Positions 16,361 through 26,247 of a stretch of DNA of 64,000 nt are shown piece after piece. The notes below the pieces were generated by a model, which searched no databases, was not told the origin of the DNA, and saw nothing but the letters and a program-made list of their open reading frames with translations. The DNA is from Acidobacteriota bacterium. GTDB lineage: Bacteria; Acidobacteriota; UBA6911; RPQK01; JAJDTT01. Position 1 is the first letter of the stretch. Each line of letters begins with the position of its first letter. The stretch lies in assembly GCA_965263035.1 (NCBI GenBank), contig OZ253580.1, positions 4,032,001 through 4,096,000 on the forward strand, in the 5' to 3' direction. The position numbers and the translations under genes are program-made.

Positions 16361-17716
16361 CTAGTCCAGCCGGTTCCCGTCCGTGTCATAGACTGACACG
16401 GGTCCCAACCGGGCCAGGTCCTTCTCGACCTGGGAACGGTCGGCCACCACGGTGATGACGGTGCGGTCCGGATGCATGTAGGTTCGAGCCGTCTCTTGGA
16501 TCACGTCCGGAGTGACCTGCTGCAGCCGCTGGACGTAGTTCCGGTAATAGTTTTCCGGGAGGCCGTCCAAGCGCCGGCTCACTTCCAGGTCCGCCGCCGA
16601 ATCGGAAGTCTCCAGGAAACGGATGAAACGGCCTGCGAGTTCCGCCCGTCCCCGATTCAGCTCCCGTTTACCTGGCGGCTCCCGCCTCAGGCGCTCCATC
16701 TCCTTCAGGCTCTCCACCACCGACTCGGCCGCCACGTCACTGCGCACGTCGGCGCCGATGAGAATGACCCCGTCGCGCCGGTACGATTTCAAGGTGCTGT
16801 AGGCCCCATAGGTGTAGCCCTTGTCCTCCCGCAGGTTCAAAAATAGACGGGAGCTGGCGCTGCCCCCCAGGATCTGATTGGCCAGGAACAGAGGTGTCGA
16901 GTCCCGGTGTCCCCGAGGCAGGCCCCGACCGGCCACCACGATCCGGGCCTGGACGGAATGGGGCCGGTGAACCAGCAACACCCGCCGTGATTCCGGGACC
17001 GGCGGCAGCGGGGCGCGGTCGGGCTGGGGCACCTCTCCCCTCCAGCATCCCAGGTAACGCTTGGCCAGACGTGTCGCCCGATCCGGATTCACCGCTCCCG
17101 AGAAGGCAAGCAGAGCCCCCTTTGGCGCCAGCAGCCGCCGGCGCACTCCGCACAACGCGTCGCGGTCCGCAGCCTCCACGTGGGACACTGGAAACGAAAC
17201 CCGAGAATAGGGGTGGCCGCGGTAGAGAGCCGCGTGGGTCCGCTCCCGGGCCAGGAACGCCGGTTGGGATCGCTGGGACAGAAGGTGGCTTCTCCACCGG
17301 CTCCGAGCCTTCTCCAATTCCTCTTCGGGGAACGCCGGGTGCATCACCAGGTCCGCCAGCAACTCCAGGGCCGGCTCCAGGTAACGGGCCAACACCGTCA
17401 GGGTGAGTTGGCTCCGCTCCATCCGGACCTGAGTGCCGTAGTGGATCGCCAGTTGATCCAGAAGATCCGCGATCTGACGGGCGGCACGGGTCTCGGTTCC
17501 CTCTTCCAACAGCTCGAAGGCCAGACTCGTCAGGGCCAGGTTTCCGGTGGAATCGGAGGTGCGGCCCGTGGGCCAGGCCAGGCAGAGGGAGACCTTGGGA
17601 AGGGCGAAGTCCCCGGCCGTCAGAACCCGAAGCCCGTTCCCCAGGACGGCATCCGGAATCTCCGGATAGTCGGGTTTCGGCAACGGCGCTATCGGTGGAG
17701 GCTGATCCATTCTCAT
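16361..17716 (-). CDS. M16 peptidase, non-catalytic subunit
   Basis: LGNGLRV, NQILGG, SRLFLNLREDKGYTYG (R/Y pair); no HxxEH. Confidence 0.88.
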   Translation of the reverse strand: MRMDQPPPIAPLPKPDYPEIPDAVLGNGLRVLTAGDFALPKVSLCLAWPTGRTSDSTGNLALTSLAFELLEEGTETRAARQIADLLDQLAIHYGTQVRMERSQLTLTVLARYLEPALELLADLVMHPAFPEEELEKARSRWRSHLLSQRSQPAFLARERTHAALYRGHPYSRVSFPVSHVEAADRDALCGVRRRLLAPKGALLAFSGAVNPDRATRLAKRYLGCWRGEVPQPDRAPLPPVPESRRVLLVHRPHSVQARIVVAGRGLPRGHRDSTPLFLANQILGGSASSRLFLNLREDKGYTYGAYSTLKSYRRDGVILIGADVRSDVAAESVVESLKEMERLRREPPGKRELNRGRAELAGRFIRFLETSDSAADLEVSRRLDGLPENYYRNYVQRLQQVTPDVIQETARTYMHPDRTVITVVADRSQVEKDLARLGPVSVYDTDGNRLD

Positions 17717-17765
17717 GGCTTTCGTGGTCCGTGTTTCGCCCGCCGGCAATGGTGCAAGCTCCAAT

Positions 17766-19061
17766 TCAACCCTGCTCCGGCTCCACCAGCAGCAGGGTGC
17801 GGTTCTCCGGACGGAAGGTCTCGGCGGCCACCCGGAGAATTTCCTGGGGAGTCGGCTTGGTGTACCGGGACCATTCCCGGTTGATTTCCCCCGCGTCTCC
17901 ATGGAACACCGCGTGGTGGGCCAGGATCTCGCCCACGTCCGACACCTTCTCCAACCGGCGGACGAAGCGAAACGCGAGCTGATTGCGGGCCTTTTCCAGC
18001 TCCTGAGGAGTCACCACCTCCCGGCACAGCCGACCCAGCTCGACCTCGACCAGGTCCAGGACCGGGTCGACCGGGACCCCGTCCTGAATCTGCAGGAAGA
18101 TGTCGAACATACCCGGGCCACGGTACTGGTTGGAACCGGCCGACAGTCCGGCGGCCCAGTTCCGTTCGTAGATCAGCCGGCGATAGAGGCGCGAGGAAGA
18201 GCCGTCCGTCAGCAGCAGGGCAAGGATGCTGAGGGCGTAGTACCCGGGACTGCCCACGGGCGGCATGTGGTAGCCCATGATGACCAGGGGGAGCACGGCC
18301 AGGGAGTCCCGGATCGTCTCTCGTTTCTCCTCCTGTTGAGACGGCTCCCCGAACGCCGGCCGTACGGATCGAGTCCGATCCGGAATCGGGCCGAAATAAC
18401 GGTGGATCGACTCCAGGGCGCCGGCCTCGTCCAGGTCTCCGGAAAGGACCAGCACGGCGTTTCCCGGTCCGTAGTGCATCCGGTGAAACTCCCTGGCGTC
18501 GGCCAGGGTCGCTCGTTTCAGATCTTCGACGGCGCCGATGATGGGGTGGGCGTACTCCCAGCTCTCGTAGGCCAATTCGTCCAGTCTCAGAAAAGCGCGC
18601 CCGTAGGGTCGATTGTCGTAACTCTGCTTCTTCTCTTCGATGACCGTCTGCCTCTGGTTCTCGAAATTCTCCGCGGTCACCTCCAGGGAATTCATGCGGT
18701 CCGCCTCCAGCCAAAGCCCCAGGTCCAGGCAATTGGACGGCAGCGTTTCGTGGTAGGCGGTGCGGTCCTTGCTGGTGGTGGCGTTCCAGCGTCCCCCCGC
18801 CTCGTCCACGTATCTGCCGTGTTCGTTCTTGGCCACGTTCCGGGACCCCTGGAACATCATGTGCTCGAAGAGGTGAGCGAAGCCGGAGAGTCCCGGAACT
18901 TCGTAGGAGGAGCCGACCCGGTAATGGAGGCTGATGTGCACCAGGGGGACGCGCTGGCTCGGCCTCAGAATGACCTGAAGGCCGTTGGACAAGGTTTCCT
19001 GGCGGAACCGGACGTGTGGGATCTTCAAGCTGTCCCCGGTGGGGTCCGCATCCGTCTTCAT
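17766..19061 (-). CDS. M16 zinc peptidase, catalytic subunit
   Basis: SGFAHLFEHMMFQGS (HxxEH), NATT, LEADRM. Confidence 0.93.
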   Translation of the reverse strand: MKTDADPTGDSLKIPHVRFRQETLSNGLQVILRPSQRVPLVHISLHYRVGSSYEVPGLSGFAHLFEHMMFQGSRNVAKNEHGRYVDEAGGRWNATTSKDRTAYHETLPSNCLDLGLWLEADRMNSLEVTAENFENQRQTVIEEKKQSYDNRPYGRAFLRLDELAYESWEYAHPIIGAVEDLKRATLADAREFHRMHYGPGNAVLVLSGDLDEAGALESIHRYFGPIPDRTRSVRPAFGEPSQQEEKRETIRDSLAVLPLVIMGYHMPPVGSPGYYALSILALLLTDGSSSRLYRRLIYERNWAAGLSAGSNQYRGPGMFDIFLQIQDGVPVDPVLDLVEVELGRLCREVVTPQELEKARNQLAFRFVRRLEKVSDVGEILAHHAVFHGDAGEINREWSRYTKPTPQEILRVAAETFRPENRTLLLVEPEQG

Positions 19062-19098
19062 GGGAGAATTCTACCGTTTGGAGTTTGGAATCGGCGAA

Positions 19099-19731
19099 CT
19101 ACCGGACCTCGAACTCGAAGAAGACCAGGGGTTCCTTGGCCGAGAAGTTATAGATTTCCGGGAGATAGAAGCGGCTCTTCGAAAGGTCCCATCCGTCCCA
19201 AGGAATCTCATAGAAGACCACGCCGAAGTCTTTGGTGTACGGTGCGATGAGCTTTTCGCCGAAGTCCTTCTGCTCGAAGTCGGCGAGCATCTCCTTGCTG
19301 GCGAGCTTTCTGGTCCGGCTGCCGCGGCGCCCCGGACCCGGAGGTTCGATGGTTGAGATCGGGGGCCGCCGCTTGTTGTTCAGGTCCGCCAGCACGTCCA
19401 GGTAGTGCATCGGTCGATGCTGGGTCCCGTCGGAATCGACGAGGAAGATGGCCCGGCCGTCCAGGCTCACCACGAAATCGTTGTTGTTCTCCACCACGAT
19501 GAGCACCGGGAGAATTCTCTTCTTGCCGAACTTGTCGGTGTCGAACAACTGTCGGGCCTTGTGCCGGGTGTCGCAGGGGTAGGCGGCGATCACCAGATTC
19601 TGGAATTCTTGATAAGAAGCGTACTGTCTGGCTTCTTTCGCGCGGATCTCCACCGGCTTGTAGCCAAGAGCCACGGAGCCCGCCAGAAGTTGCCCCGCCA
19701 GAAGAACGTAAATCCCCGTCATCCGACCCAT
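19099..19731 (-). CDS. Hypothetical exported protein
   Basis: N-terminal signal-like segment; co-oriented within the operon; beta-rich sequence. Confidence 0.7.
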   Translation of the reverse strand: MGRMTGIYVLLAGQLLAGSVALGYKPVEIRAKEARQYASYQEFQNLVIAAYPCDTRHKARQLFDTDKFGKKRILPVLIVVENNNDFVVSLDGRAIFLVDSDGTQHRPMHYLDVLADLNNKRRPPISTIEPPGPGRRGSRTRKLASKEMLADFEQKDFGEKLIAPYTKDFGVVFYEIPWDGWDLSKSRFYLPEIYNFSAKEPLVFFEFEVR

Positions 19732-19843
19732 TGTAATCGGCGTGCGGCGGTTGGTGACAAGCCTCGCGGGATATTCCAGCCAGATTGCGTCCCGGTGAAC
19801 GGAAATGAATGGGCAGCTCCCGCCGAAACGCCGCCGTCCCCCG

Positions 19844-20401
19844 TCATACCTCGTTCGTTCGCGATACCCGGGCCAAGATCCGATCCAGACGTCGAAGGAT
19901 CTCGCCGTGCAAAACCGATCGGTTCTTCCGGGTCAGCTTGACCAGGCGCACATCCTCCCGATCCCGGATGCGCTTCAGGACTCCGGCGCCGTGCAGCGAG
20001 ATGGTCCCCAGGACCGGACAGGGTGAGTCCAGGAGCTCGAGTATCGCCTCCCGCAAGGGCTGGGAGAGGAGCTCCATCTTGGCGATCTCGTCCACCACCA
20101 TGAGATCCGGCCGCTTCCGCTTCCAGTCCAGATGAGGCAGGATCAGGTTGTCCAGCATCCGGGTGTGCACGCCGTAGTGTCCCAGACGATGCGGGGACCT
20201 GGCCTGGAAGTCCCTGTGTGCGAACACTCCCGAAGTCCCGTTGAGGGCCACCGCCCGGAAACCCACGCGCTGGCCCCGGGTGCGGATCTCCTCCGTGTAG
20301 AAGCCGCTCAGGGCCAGGTGCCCGAGCTGCTCGATGAGCCGTTTGACGAGGGTGGTCTTCCCGATTCCCGGATGTCCGGTGAGCAGCAGGTTCGTGGTCA
20401 T
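19844..20401 (-). CDS. THEP1/NTPase_1 family nucleoside triphosphatase
   Basis: LTGHPGIGKTT, GFYTEEIR, VVDEIAKMEL; ATGA overlap with the upstream gene. Confidence 0.9.
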   Translation of the reverse strand: MTTNLLLTGHPGIGKTTLVKRLIEQLGHLALSGFYTEEIRTRGQRVGFRAVALNGTSGVFAHRDFQARSPHRLGHYGVHTRMLDNLILPHLDWKRKRPDLMVVDEIAKMELLSQPLREAILELLDSPCPVLGTISLHGAGVLKRIRDREDVRLVKLTRKNRSVLHGEILRRLDRILARVSRTNEV

Positions 20402-21414
20402 TGGCGGCGCCCCAGATGGTGGTGCAGGTAGCGGCAGATGTGCCAGGCGTCGATGCAGATGAAGGGGAATCGGGCCGTCGTGTAGTGGCCGCAAGGCATC
20501 TCGACCCGATCAAACGGGATTCGATGTTGCCGGTATCTCAGAAAGACCTGTTGCGAGAGTTCCGGGATGAAGGTCAGATCGTAGCGGGCGGTGATCAGGA
20601 GATGGTGCCGCCGAGTGTTCCGGAGCCGGGGAATGAAGTACCAGGGACTGATGGGCGCCCAGCAGTGCTCCAGGTCGTCCCGGGCGATGTGGCCTTCCAG
20701 ACCCCAGCGAACGTATCGCGTTGCCAGTCCGGTCCAGACCACCTGGGCGAAGGAGGAGGAGACGTGGTTGAACACGCCGGTCTGGATAAGTGGGTCATGG
20801 ACGAAGGCCAGGAACGTGACGCAGGAACCGATGCTGGTTCCCACGACGCCCACGTGTTCGTAGCCCTCGTCCCGGAGCCAATGGGCGACCTGAAGCACTT
20901 CCAGCACGGCTTGGCGGGTGGCCTGAAGGGTCCTCCCGATATTGGGGCTGACCATGTGTTCGGCGCGGACTTCCCCCGGAGGCATCCGCCGTTCGTGGTA
21001 GGGCAGGGAGAGGCGCACGGCGGTGATCCCCAGGCGAGTCAACAGCCGGCAGAGTCCCACGTGGCTGGAGGCGTCGGCGTTCCACTGGGGAACCACGACG
21101 ACGGCCCGGCGCCGATCCGGACCCGGGAAGATCCGGGCGTGGACCGTATTGTTGACGGCGTAGGCGCTGGGAACCGGGGTCTCGAAAGTGAGCCGGTCAC
21201 CGGATCGCCGGAGATTCCGCGGGGGCGTCGCCGCGTAGAATCGATGGTCCGCCAGTGCCGACCGGGCGTACTTCTTCACCTGGGAGAGGGGGTCGTCGTT
21301 GCCCGCGCCGCCGAGACACTCCAGACCCCAGGCGAAGGGCAGGATCCGGCGGCTCCTGTCGCGCAGAGTCAGGATTCGTTCCCGGCGCTCGATCCAGCGG
21401 CCGTAGGTGTTCAT
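20398..21414 (-). CDS. Alpha/beta hydrolase (ABHD18/DUF2048-like)
   Basis: LPYHERR, nucleophile GTSIG, ARYD, PCGHYT; start MNTYGRW overlaps the AI-2E stop. Confidence 0.8.
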   Translation of the reverse strand: MNTYGRWIERRERILTLRDRSRRILPFAWGLECLGGAGNDDPLSQVKKYARSALADHRFYAATPPRNLRRSGDRLTFETPVPSAYAVNNTVHARIFPGPDRRRAVVVVPQWNADASSHVGLCRLLTRLGITAVRLSLPYHERRMPPGEVRAEHMVSPNIGRTLQATRQAVLEVLQVAHWLRDEGYEHVGVVGTSIGSCVTFLAFVHDPLIQTGVFNHVSSSFAQVVWTGLATRYVRWGLEGHIARDDLEHCWAPISPWYFIPRLRNTRRHHLLITARYDLTFIPELSQQVFLRYRQHRIPFDRVEMPCGHYTTARFPFICIDAWHICRYLHHHLGRRQ

Positions 21415-22505
21415 TCGGGCGGCCGCTCGGTAGCGCTCTGTCCGAACTCGATCTGGAAGAGTTCCAGGAACGACAATCCGAGAGCCACCAGGATGGGGCC
21501 GAAGATGAGGCCCGGCAATCCCAGGTAGGAAACTCCTCCCATCAGGGAGAAAAAGACCAGCAGGCTGTGCATCTTCACCCTGCCCTCGATGAAGAAGGGC
21601 CGAACCACGTTGTCGAGAAGCCCGACCAGAAGGAAGAGGCCGATGAACACGAAGCCGCTCGCGCCCGAAGCCGTGCTCAGAAGGTAGATTGCCCAGGGAA
21701 TCCAGACCAGCGCTGTCCCTACGATGGGAACCAGGGAGAAGAAGGCCGTGAGCGTGCCCCAGAAAATGGCATGGTCGATGCCCACGATCCAGAAGACCAG
21801 TCCTCCGGCAATTCCTTGAATAACCGCCGTGACCAGGCTCCCCACCACCGTGGCCGAGGCGACTTGGCGAAACGTCGTCATGATCTGATGCTGGTACTCG
21901 TCCGAGAGGGGTGAGAGGTGCCTGTAATCCCGGGTCAGGCGGGCACTGTCCCGAAAGAGGAAGAACATGGTGACCAGCATGATCATGAAACTGGTGACGA
22001 AACTGAGAATTCCGGTCACCAGTTCGGAACTGTGCTCCAGCAGGAACAGGCTGATTTTTTCCAGCAGCGTGGCCAACCCTTCCCCCAGGTTGAAATGGCC
22101 CAAGCCGACCTGGTCCAAGTCGACGTACCGTTCCACGAATTGCCGCAGTCGATCCGGAATCAGGTCGTCGCTCAGTTGCCAGAAGGGGCTCTCCCACTCC
22201 CTCTGGTCCAGAGCGGTCTGGAACTTGTCGTAGATCTCCTTTGCCTGGGTCGCCACCTGGGTCAGAATCAGTGCGAAAGGCAGGAGGATGAGAGCCGTCA
22301 TCCCCAGGCAGGTGACCAACGCCGCCAATCCGTTGCGGCCCTTCAGTCTCCCGCGGATCCAGTTGAAGGCGGGATAGCAAAGGCTCACCATTACGGCGGC
22401 CAGCGCAACCGGCAGTAGAAACGGCCGGAAAATCTGCACCACGTAGTAGAAGACGGGCAGGGAGAAGATCAACAGAAACAGACGCGCGTAGCGGCCCCGA
22501 TACAT
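21411..22505 (-). CDS. AI-2E family transporter
   Basis: FFLFRD, AVIQG, PIVGTALVWIP, DNVVRP, GLIFGP. Confidence 0.92.
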   Translation of the reverse strand: MYRGRYARLFLLIFSLPVFYYVVQIFRPFLLPVALAAVMVSLCYPAFNWIRGRLKGRNGLAALVTCLGMTALILLPFALILTQVATQAKEIYDKFQTALDQREWESPFWQLSDDLIPDRLRQFVERYVDLDQVGLGHFNLGEGLATLLEKISLFLLEHSSELVTGILSFVTSFMIMLVTMFFLFRDSARLTRDYRHLSPLSDEYQHQIMTTFRQVASATVVGSLVTAVIQGIAGGLVFWIVGIDHAIFWGTLTAFFSLVPIVGTALVWIPWAIYLLSTASGASGFVFIGLFLLVGLLDNVVRPFFIEGRVKMHSLLVFFSLMGGVSYLGLPGLIFGPILVALGLSFLELFQIEFGQSATERPPE

Positions 22506-22770
22506 CAGTCCGAATGATACACTGAAAGCGGCTTCTTCAGTCCGTCGTGAAAATCTCGCGAACTATCGAAAGCGGTGATATCAAGGCAGGACGGCGTCTG
22601 GGTCCGGCATGGGGCGGTATGACTTGGAGGGCGGTTTCCCAACCGCCGATTCCCGGCTGGGCTCGGTTCGGGTGGGCGCGACGGTTTTTGCCCGCCGTCT
22701 TGACTGCGGGGCGAAAATACGGCGCCGGTCGAGTGATGTGACGGTTGTTGCGAAGGGCCGGCAATTCGCC

Positions 22771-23733
22771 ATGAACCCCTGTCCCATTTGTCGATCTCTC
22801 GAATGGGAGCATTTCTGCGCCGTTCCGGACCGGCTCCGAAAGATCGTGGACCAGAGCTGGGAAATCCTCCGTTGCCGTTCCTGCGGCTTGGGCCGAACCG
22901 AACCCGCACCGGGGGAGAAGGACCTCATGGCCTATTACCCTCCCGGGTACTGGGGGGATGTGGTCAAAACCCTGGAGCGGTTTCAATCCGGACAACTGGT
23001 GTCGGCCCGCTCCTGGCGTCAGGAGGCCGAGAAGGTCCGATTGCTGGAACGCTACCTGCGGGAAGGATCCCTGTTGGACGTGGGTTGCGGGGACGGCAAG
23101 TTCCTCTGGGGTCTTGATGCCGGCCGCTGGCAGCGGACCGGGCTCGAACCTTCACGGCGAGTCGTTCGACTCGTGCGGGAGCGGATTCCGGACATCGATT
23201 TCGTTATCGGGGACCTTTACTCGAGTCGGCTGCAACCGGGTTCCTTCGACGCGATCACGTTCTGGCACGTGCTGGAGCACCTTCCCGATCCGAGGCGGGT
23301 GTTGCGCCGGGTCCGCGATCTGTTGCGTCCGAAGGGGTGGCTCATCGTCTCGTTGCCCAACCTGAGCAGCTTGCAGGCCCGGATCTTTCGCCGCCACTGG
23401 TATGCGTTCGATGACGTGCCCCGCCACCTTTTCCACTATTCTCCCCGCTCGCTGGCCCTGCTGCTGGACCAGGAAGACTTCGAGGTTCGGGATCAGCTCG
23501 GTTTTTCCAGGATCATCGGATTTCATTGCCTGAAGCACAGCCTGGTCAACTGGTCGGAGAGCCTCTTCGGTTCCCGGGCTCCCTACTATTCGCTCAAGCC
23601 CATCCTGCCCCTGTGCGCTCTGCTGGAACGAGTGGCGGGACGCACCGGCATCATAACCCTGGTCGCTCGGAAGCGAACCCGGCCGAGGTCGGAGGTCGAC
23701 GTGAAACAGGGCCCCGAACGGTTCGTATTGTAG
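22771..23733 (+). CDS. Class I SAM-dependent methyltransferase with N-terminal Zn ribbon
   Basis: CPIC...CRSC; LLDVGCGDG; WHVLEHLPDP; PRHLFHYS. Confidence 0.9.
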   Translation: MNPCPICRSLEWEHFCAVPDRLRKIVDQSWEILRCRSCGLGRTEPAPGEKDLMAYYPPGYWGDVVKTLERFQSGQLVSARSWRQEAEKVRLLERYLREGSLLDVGCGDGKFLWGLDAGRWQRTGLEPSRRVVRLVRERIPDIDFVIGDLYSSRLQPGSFDAITFWHVLEHLPDPRRVLRRVRDLLRPKGWLIVSLPNLSSLQARIFRRHWYAFDDVPRHLFHYSPRSLALLLDQEDFEVRDQLGFSRIIGFHCLKHSLVNWSESLFGSRAPYYSLKPILPLCALLERVAGRTGIITLVARKRTRPRSEVDVKQGPERFVL

Positions 23734-23741
23734 GTTGGAGG

Positions 23742-24338
23742 ATGGAGAAGACCGATGCCGAGTTGGTCATTGCGAGCCTTGAAGGTGCGCCGTATGCTTT
23801 CGAGCAGATCGTCCAGCGCTACCAGAGGCTGGTCTTCAGCATCATCTACCATCAGTTGGGACGGCGGCAGGAGGTGGAAGACGTGGCTCAGGAAGTCTTC
23901 ATCAAGGTCTTCAACTCCCTCGGCCGATTTGATCGGCGGCGCCCGCTGAAGGCCTGGATCGCCAAGATCACGGTCAACCAATGCCGCGATGTATTGAGAA
24001 AGCGACGGAGTTCCAGGGTGGAGGCATTCTCCAACTTCACCGAAGACGAGGAGCGGAGAATCCGGTCCCTTTACGACGTTTCCGCCGGCACCGCCGCCAT
24101 GACGGAGGCGGAATCCAGAGCATGCCTCAAGCTCTTGGAACAGCTCGTGCGCCGTCTGTCCCACAAGGATCGAACCGCGTTTCTGCTCAGGGAGGTGGAG
24201 GGATTCGGATATGATGAGGTGTCCAAGGCCCTGGGAACCAGCGAGGTGGCGGCCCGGATCCGGGTCAGCCGCACGCGCAAGCGGCTGCTTGCGGCTCTGT
24301 CTCAGGTCCTTTCCAGCGGAGAGATGTTGAAGACATGA
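23742..24338 (+). CDS. ECF sigma-70 factor
   Basis: EDVAQEVFIKVF, WIAKITVNQCRD, LLREVEGFGYDEVS; GGAGG SD. Confidence 0.93.
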   Translation: MEKTDAELVIASLEGAPYAFEQIVQRYQRLVFSIIYHQLGRRQEVEDVAQEVFIKVFNSLGRFDRRRPLKAWIAKITVNQCRDVLRKRRSSRVEAFSNFTEDEERRIRSLYDVSAGTAAMTEAESRACLKLLEQLVRRLSHKDRTAFLLREVEGFGYDEVSKALGTSEVAARIRVSRTRKRLLAALSQVLSSGEMLKT

Positions 24339-24757
24339 ATCGGAAACACATTCGGTTCGAAGACCTGGAGCCGACCGGGAACCTGGATGAGGAACATCTG
24401 AAGTCATGCGGCCGGTGCCGCCGGGAGTTGCGCGCCTTCCGCCTGTTTCGATTTCACCTGGAACACCTGCCCCGCCTGGAGCCTCCGGCCCATTTTGCCA
24501 GGACCGTGGCCCGGCTGGCTGAGGAAAGGCGGGTTGTGCCGTTTGCCTTGTTCCTGGAACGAGCCGCCCGGCAGTTGGCTCCCGGCTTGGTCGCCCTTAT
24601 GGGAGCCGTTTCCGTGCTGCTTTATCAGCTTTCCCAGCCGGTTGACCTGAACTTGACTCCTTTGGAAAGCCTGCCCGAGGAGGCCTCCCTGGAATACACC
24701 GTCGATTCCTTGAGGCTGTCGTCGGAAGGGGGTTGGATCATTGACGAATCGAACTAA
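24335..24757 (+). CDS. Putative anti-sigma factor (HxxxCxxC plus TM helix)
   Basis: EHLKSCGRC, one TM segment, overlaps the sigma gene stop. Confidence 0.75.
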   Translation: MNRKHIRFEDLEPTGNLDEEHLKSCGRCRRELRAFRLFRFHLEHLPRLEPPAHFARTVARLAEERRVVPFALFLERAARQLAPGLVALMGAVSVLLYQLSQPVDLNLTPLESLPEEASLEYTVDSLRLSSEGGWIIDESN

Positions 24758-25181
24758 GGCCGTCTTCTGGATCATCTTCGTATTCCTCGCGGGCGGCTTC
24801 GTCGGGGGCGCCCTTAGCTATGTCCTGATCCGGCCGGCGCACTTCCATGCCGGAGGCGGGCCGGAGCAGCGGCCGCCGGCGAGAGAGCCGGGACAGCCCC
24901 GCCGCAATGGGTCGCGGTTCCTCCAACGTCTGGATCAGGCTCTGGATCTGGACCCGGACCAGGAAGTCCAGGTGCGCCAGATCGTGGAGACGGCTCGGAA
25001 AACATTCCGCGAAGCGGCCGACGAAGCCGCCAGGATGCACCGAGAGATTCGTAACCAGGCCCGAAATCAAATTCGGGCCCTCCTCAGGTCCGAACAGGTG
25101 GAGAAATACGACGAGATGATCCGGCGTAAGGATCGAAGATTCCGCGAAGGAAAACGTCGCAGACCCGGGTCTTCCCAATAA
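24741..25181 (+). CDS. Spy/CpxP-like periplasmic helical protein
   Basis: N-terminal anchor; LDLDPDQ and LLRSEQ LTxxQ-like motifs. Confidence 0.72.
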   Translation: MTNRTKAVFWIIFVFLAGGFVGGALSYVLIRPAHFHAGGGPEQRPPAREPGQPRRNGSRFLQRLDQALDLDPDQEVQVRQIVETARKTFREAADEAARMHREIRNQARNQIRALLRSEQVEKYDEMIRRKDRRFREGKRRRPGSSQ

Positions 25182-25324
25182 TCGGGTTTTCCAAAAATCC
25201 CGCCTCGTCTTTCGAGACGGCCCCTGCATCTTCCTGTTGTAGAATGACGGCCTTCGAAGATCCGTGGCGAGAGCCGCCGCGGCATTCGGCCGGCGTTGCG
25301 TCCCGTCCGGGGTCGGGCAAATTC

Positions 25325-26161
25325 GTGGGAAAAACAGAATCTCCAGTCAGACTGACTCGAGCGGATTCGACAACATCGTTTTCCGTTCTCTTCCTCGCCG
25401 CACGAACACGACCACCAATTCCTCCTCTCTCTTTTCTCTTTCCGCTTTCCTCTTTTCTCAGTAAGTGGTGCCTCGCGGTGGTCTTCGCCGGCTGGATCGG
25501 CCAGCCGATCCTGGCTCAGGCTTCACCCGATTCCCATCCCAGGAAGTGGGAATTCTCGGTCCTGGCCGGGGCGGGGTTCCTGTCCGGCAGGACCTTCGGC
25601 CCTGCGGAAACGGGGAGTGGATCTTCCTTGGTATCGCTCGACTACAACGCGGGCTACTCACTCGGCATCGGGGTGATCGAAAACCTGGGGGAGAAGTTCG
25701 GCGCCGAAATGCGCTACGGCATCGGCAGTCTCCCGCTCGGTGCCGGCAACTTGACGGCGGAATCGCCGGCGCCGGAGCGGGCCCACTACGTCCATGGGAT
25801 TGTCTATAGCCTTCTGGTCTATCCTCAGGGCTGGAAGCGGGGCAGATTCGTTCCGTACGCGGTGGCCGGCATCGGAGCGTCGTTGTTCCAACCGTCGGAT
25901 GATCCCGAATCCCCGGCTCAGAGCGTGAGTCTCGAGAACCGCTGGAAGTTGGCCGGCGAGATGGGCGCTGGGGTCAAACTCCATCTGGATCGACCCTGGG
26001 GCCTCCGGTTCGAGGTTCGGGATCGGATCACGGGAGTTCCCGATTACGGTCTTCCCCGCACGGCCTCCCAGGGGGAAGGTGGCGGTTTGGCTCTGCCGGC
26101 AAGCGGCCGACTGCACCACTGGCAGTTCCACATCGGCCTCACCTACAATTTCGCCCCCTGA
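25325..26161 (+). CDS. Outer-membrane beta-barrel protein (start uncertain)
   Basis: FVPYAVAGIG, GAGVK, WGLRFEVRD, terminal IGLTYNF beta-signal. Confidence 0.8.
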   Translation: MGKTESPVRLTRADSTTSFSVLFLAARTRPPIPPLSFLFPLSSFLSKWCLAVVFAGWIGQPILAQASPDSHPRKWEFSVLAGAGFLSGRTFGPAETGSGSSLVSLDYNAGYSLGIGVIENLGEKFGAEMRYGIGSLPLGAGNLTAESPAPERAHYVHGIVYSLLVYPQGWKRGRFVPYAVAGIGASLFQPSDDPESPAQSVSLENRWKLAGEMGAGVKLHLDRPWGLRFEVRDRITGVPDYGLPRTASQGEGGGLALPASGRLHHWQFHIGLTYNFAP

Positions 26162-26247
26162 TCCTCTCCTCCCAATCGGAAACGGGACTTGGAGGGGCAA
26201 CTTGGAGGAGCGAGTTTCAGTCGCCCATTCCCCTTTTCTCACCGGCG

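Noticed and set aside
16361-17716. M16 peptidase lacking HxxEH as a pseudogene
   Set aside because: Expected non-catalytic half of a heterodimeric M16B pair.
20398-22380. 660-aa hydrolase fusion, plus long N-extensions of ORFs at 4918, 7563, 54046 and 59261
   Set aside because: Open off-frame overlaps with upstream genes; the true starts are downstream.
23742-25181. This ECF sigma as the reader of the TGAGCY-N17-CRCAT motif
   Set aside because: The motif was not seen upstream of this operon, so nothing in the window links them.
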